This document shows, in pieces, positions 62,107 through 64,000 of a stretch of 64,000 bases of DNA (position 1 is its first letter; each line of letters opens with the position of its first letter). The notes under the pieces were generated by a model. That model made no database searches. It was not told the origin of the DNA and saw only the letters and a program-made list of their open reading frames with translations. This DNA is from Raillietiella orientalis (Eukaryota). The stretch spans positions 372,001 through 436,000 of the forward strand of contig JAYWIR010000070.1 in the NCBI GenBank assembly GCA_036172245.1. The letters run 5' to 3'. A program made the translations under genes and the position numbers.

Positions 62107-64000
62107 ACAGTCGACCCCCCGCGATCGCCTCGATCTCCTGGACGTCTGCCGAGGTGATCACGTGGATCTCCTGCAGCAGGGCCAGGTCGAAGTCACGCAG
62201 GGTGTCGGCCGTATCTCGTCTGTTGCCGTCGTCGCGCAGCCCGTTGACGTTCCAACTGGCCACGCGGATTCGACGGCGACAGGCGAGCCCAGGTGTTATT
62301 CCTGGGAAATCGGCTGTGCGGCGTCCGCCATCTGTTGGGGCGGGACGCTAGGTGGAGGAGGAGGGACAGGTGCCTCTAGCACCTGGTCACCCTATTCCAT
62401 CGGTGACGGCGCGTCGGGCGGGTCACCCTCCGGTGGGGTCGCGCCTACCTGCTGGCCCTTCTCCATAGGGGTGGGCTCCTCAGGGTCCGCGACGACAGGG
62501 GGGATTTCGACCCCCTGCTCACCCTCCTTCATGGGGGTGTCGTGCTCGACGGCTTCCGCGCGTGGGAGCTCCCCCTCCGGGATTCCCACGCTGCCGGCGA
62601 CTTCCTGCTTCTCCTCCTCGCTCGTGGAGGGGAGGCGCTTCCTCTGCTTTTGGGAGTTGCGTCCCGTCTTCCGGGTGGGTGCCTCCGAGGAGGAGGATGC
62701 ACTTCCGGCCCCCAGTTCTAACTCACCTGCGGGGGCCTTCTTTACTGGAGCCGGGCTTCGCACGGCCTTGCGCGAGGGGTTCTCACGCTCAGCCAGCGTG
62801 GCTGCGAGCTCCTCCGCCGCCTTCGCGAAGGCGGCGTCCTCGCCGGCGGCGAGCGCGTCGCGCGTCTTACCCTCTGTGCAAACAGAGGGTTCGACGTCGC
62901 GAACCTCGGGCGCGGCGGAAAAGGCGAGGGGAGGCTCGTCGCTCCGGGTGGCAGCCTCGGGAACGCTGATGCGCTCCAGTGCTACCGAGCACTCGCGGAG
63001 AGTTTGAGATCGCGGACCAGGTTTTTTCGCCTTCGCGACCGTGTTTTTCTCCGCCTTTTCTTGTGAACCCTTTTTGGGTTCTTTTGTGGCCTTTACCAGC
63101 TTCCATCCTTCTTCCTCGCCCGCGTCTTTCGCTGTTTTTTCCGCCGCCGCCTGGGTTGGAGGAGGAGGAGAAGGCTGCTGGGGCCGGCCATTCTCGCGAT
63201 GAGGTCTTTCGACCTTATTCATCTTTTTCGCCTGTGCCTTTTTAACAGCAGGTGGCACAGGGGTGGGGCGTTTAGGGCACACATGACGGACGTGTCCCTT
63301 TTCCCCGCACAAGTGGCACTCGATATTCGGGCACCGCATGCGCACATGCCGTACTGCATCGCAGTAGCCACAATAGCGGGGTTTTCCCACGTACCAGAGG
63401 TCGACGGGCTTCTTCCCGACCTCCAGTTTGTGGGGTAACCCAGCACCCTCGTTCACAGTGACACGCGCTGCTGCCTGGCCACCAAAGAGGCTGTTATAGC
63501 TATCAAAAATGGTTGGCTTAGGCCACAGCGCGTGCACATCTCCGTATTTCCTCTATTCCGCGTTCACCGCAGAGCGCGTCATGCGGTTCGTGATCCCCGT
63601 TAGATGGACCACTACGGAGCGGTCCATGCTAACGGATAGGATCTTTCGGCCAGCCACATTCAGCGGGGTGTTGATGAGGCGCTGCGCTAGGGCTACGTCT
63701 TTGCAGACGACCTCCACGCGTTGCCCCCCGCTGAGTACGGCGAGGCCGTCAAGATCCTCCTCACGCACGGGGAATTCCTGTAGTGCCTTGCTAAAGGCAC
63801 GCGCGGTGCGACCGTCGAACAGGTTTCCCACCTTATAAACCAGGGATGGTTTATATCCGGAGGCCCTGTAGGCCGCTTGCTCAGCCAAGGTTTCCGCGCT
63901 CGGCGCGGCGACCATGGCGCTCCAGCTCCTCGTCTTGGGCGACGAGGGCGATTCCGGGGCGGGTGCCCCTGATTCTGTAGGTCGTGGGAGGGGGCTAGCC
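62107..64000 (-). mobile_element. Element G, 5' part: ORF1 (ends 62296, disrupted) and APE start; 5' end just beyond the window
   Basis: Homologous to a1/a2 ORF1; two CCHC knuckles; TAACA ORF junction. Confidence 0.93.

Noticed and set aside
24046..63007. Long antisense or alternate-frame ORFs (e.g. 32323-33504, 38384-39316, 57254-58507, 24046-24975)
   Set aside because: They are shadows of GC-rich coding sequence with no motifs. The fused ORFs 55212-56516 and 56013-56372 are junction artefacts.
23352..64000. The C/D1 junction and the G/D2 junction as one large inverted segmental duplication
   Set aside because: Hosts C and G have strongly diverged ORF1s while D1 and D2 are close, which favours independent insertions at the same site.
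20160..64000. Telomeric HeT-A/TART-like array
   Set aside because: Orientations alternate, there are no A-tails or telomeric repeats, and hosts resume after closed inserts with TSDs.
20160..64000. LTR, DIRS or Penelope elements, or bacterial retron/group II intron/DGR/CRISPR systems
   Set aside because: No LTRs, integrase, tyrosine recombinase, GIY-YIG or repeat-spacer array were seen. APE-RT-CCHC with a gag-like ORF1 and flanking intron-containing genes indicate eukaryotic LINEs.

Overview
Eukaryotic (probably invertebrate) genomic DNA with ~45-55 nt introns. The first 20 kb is ordinary sequence: two exons of an M28-type peptidase gene (502-970), a 7-exon SPT2 histone chaperone gene (8687-10715), a possible divergent neighbour gene and unannotated DNA. 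From ~20.2 kb to the end it is GC-rich and made entirely of L1/Tx1-like non-LTR retrotransposons: ORF1 with two CCHC knuckles; ORF2 with APE endonuclease, reverse transcriptase and a C-terminal CCHC. I resolve 14 copies; 13 fall in three lineages (my labels I, II, III) and K is unassigned. They are nested in one another about 11 levels deep: A>B>C>D1>H>(J>K, a1) a2>E>a3>F>G>D2. Four different target sites, all in coding sequence of another lineage, are each hit at the same position by two or more copies. No classifiable copy sits in its own lineage, and 10 of 13 insertions are antisense. All seven visible 5' ends carry a DPE-like RGACGTG; in several copies an Inr-like CA(+1)G lies 27 nt upstream, inside the target DNA. 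All nine 3' ends are AATAAA plus a hairpin with no poly(A). The APE appears to lack the usual specificity hairpin. Main candidate new system (inference): a community of mutually targeting retrotransposons whose promoter is completed by the target and whose transcript may carry its own target sequence.
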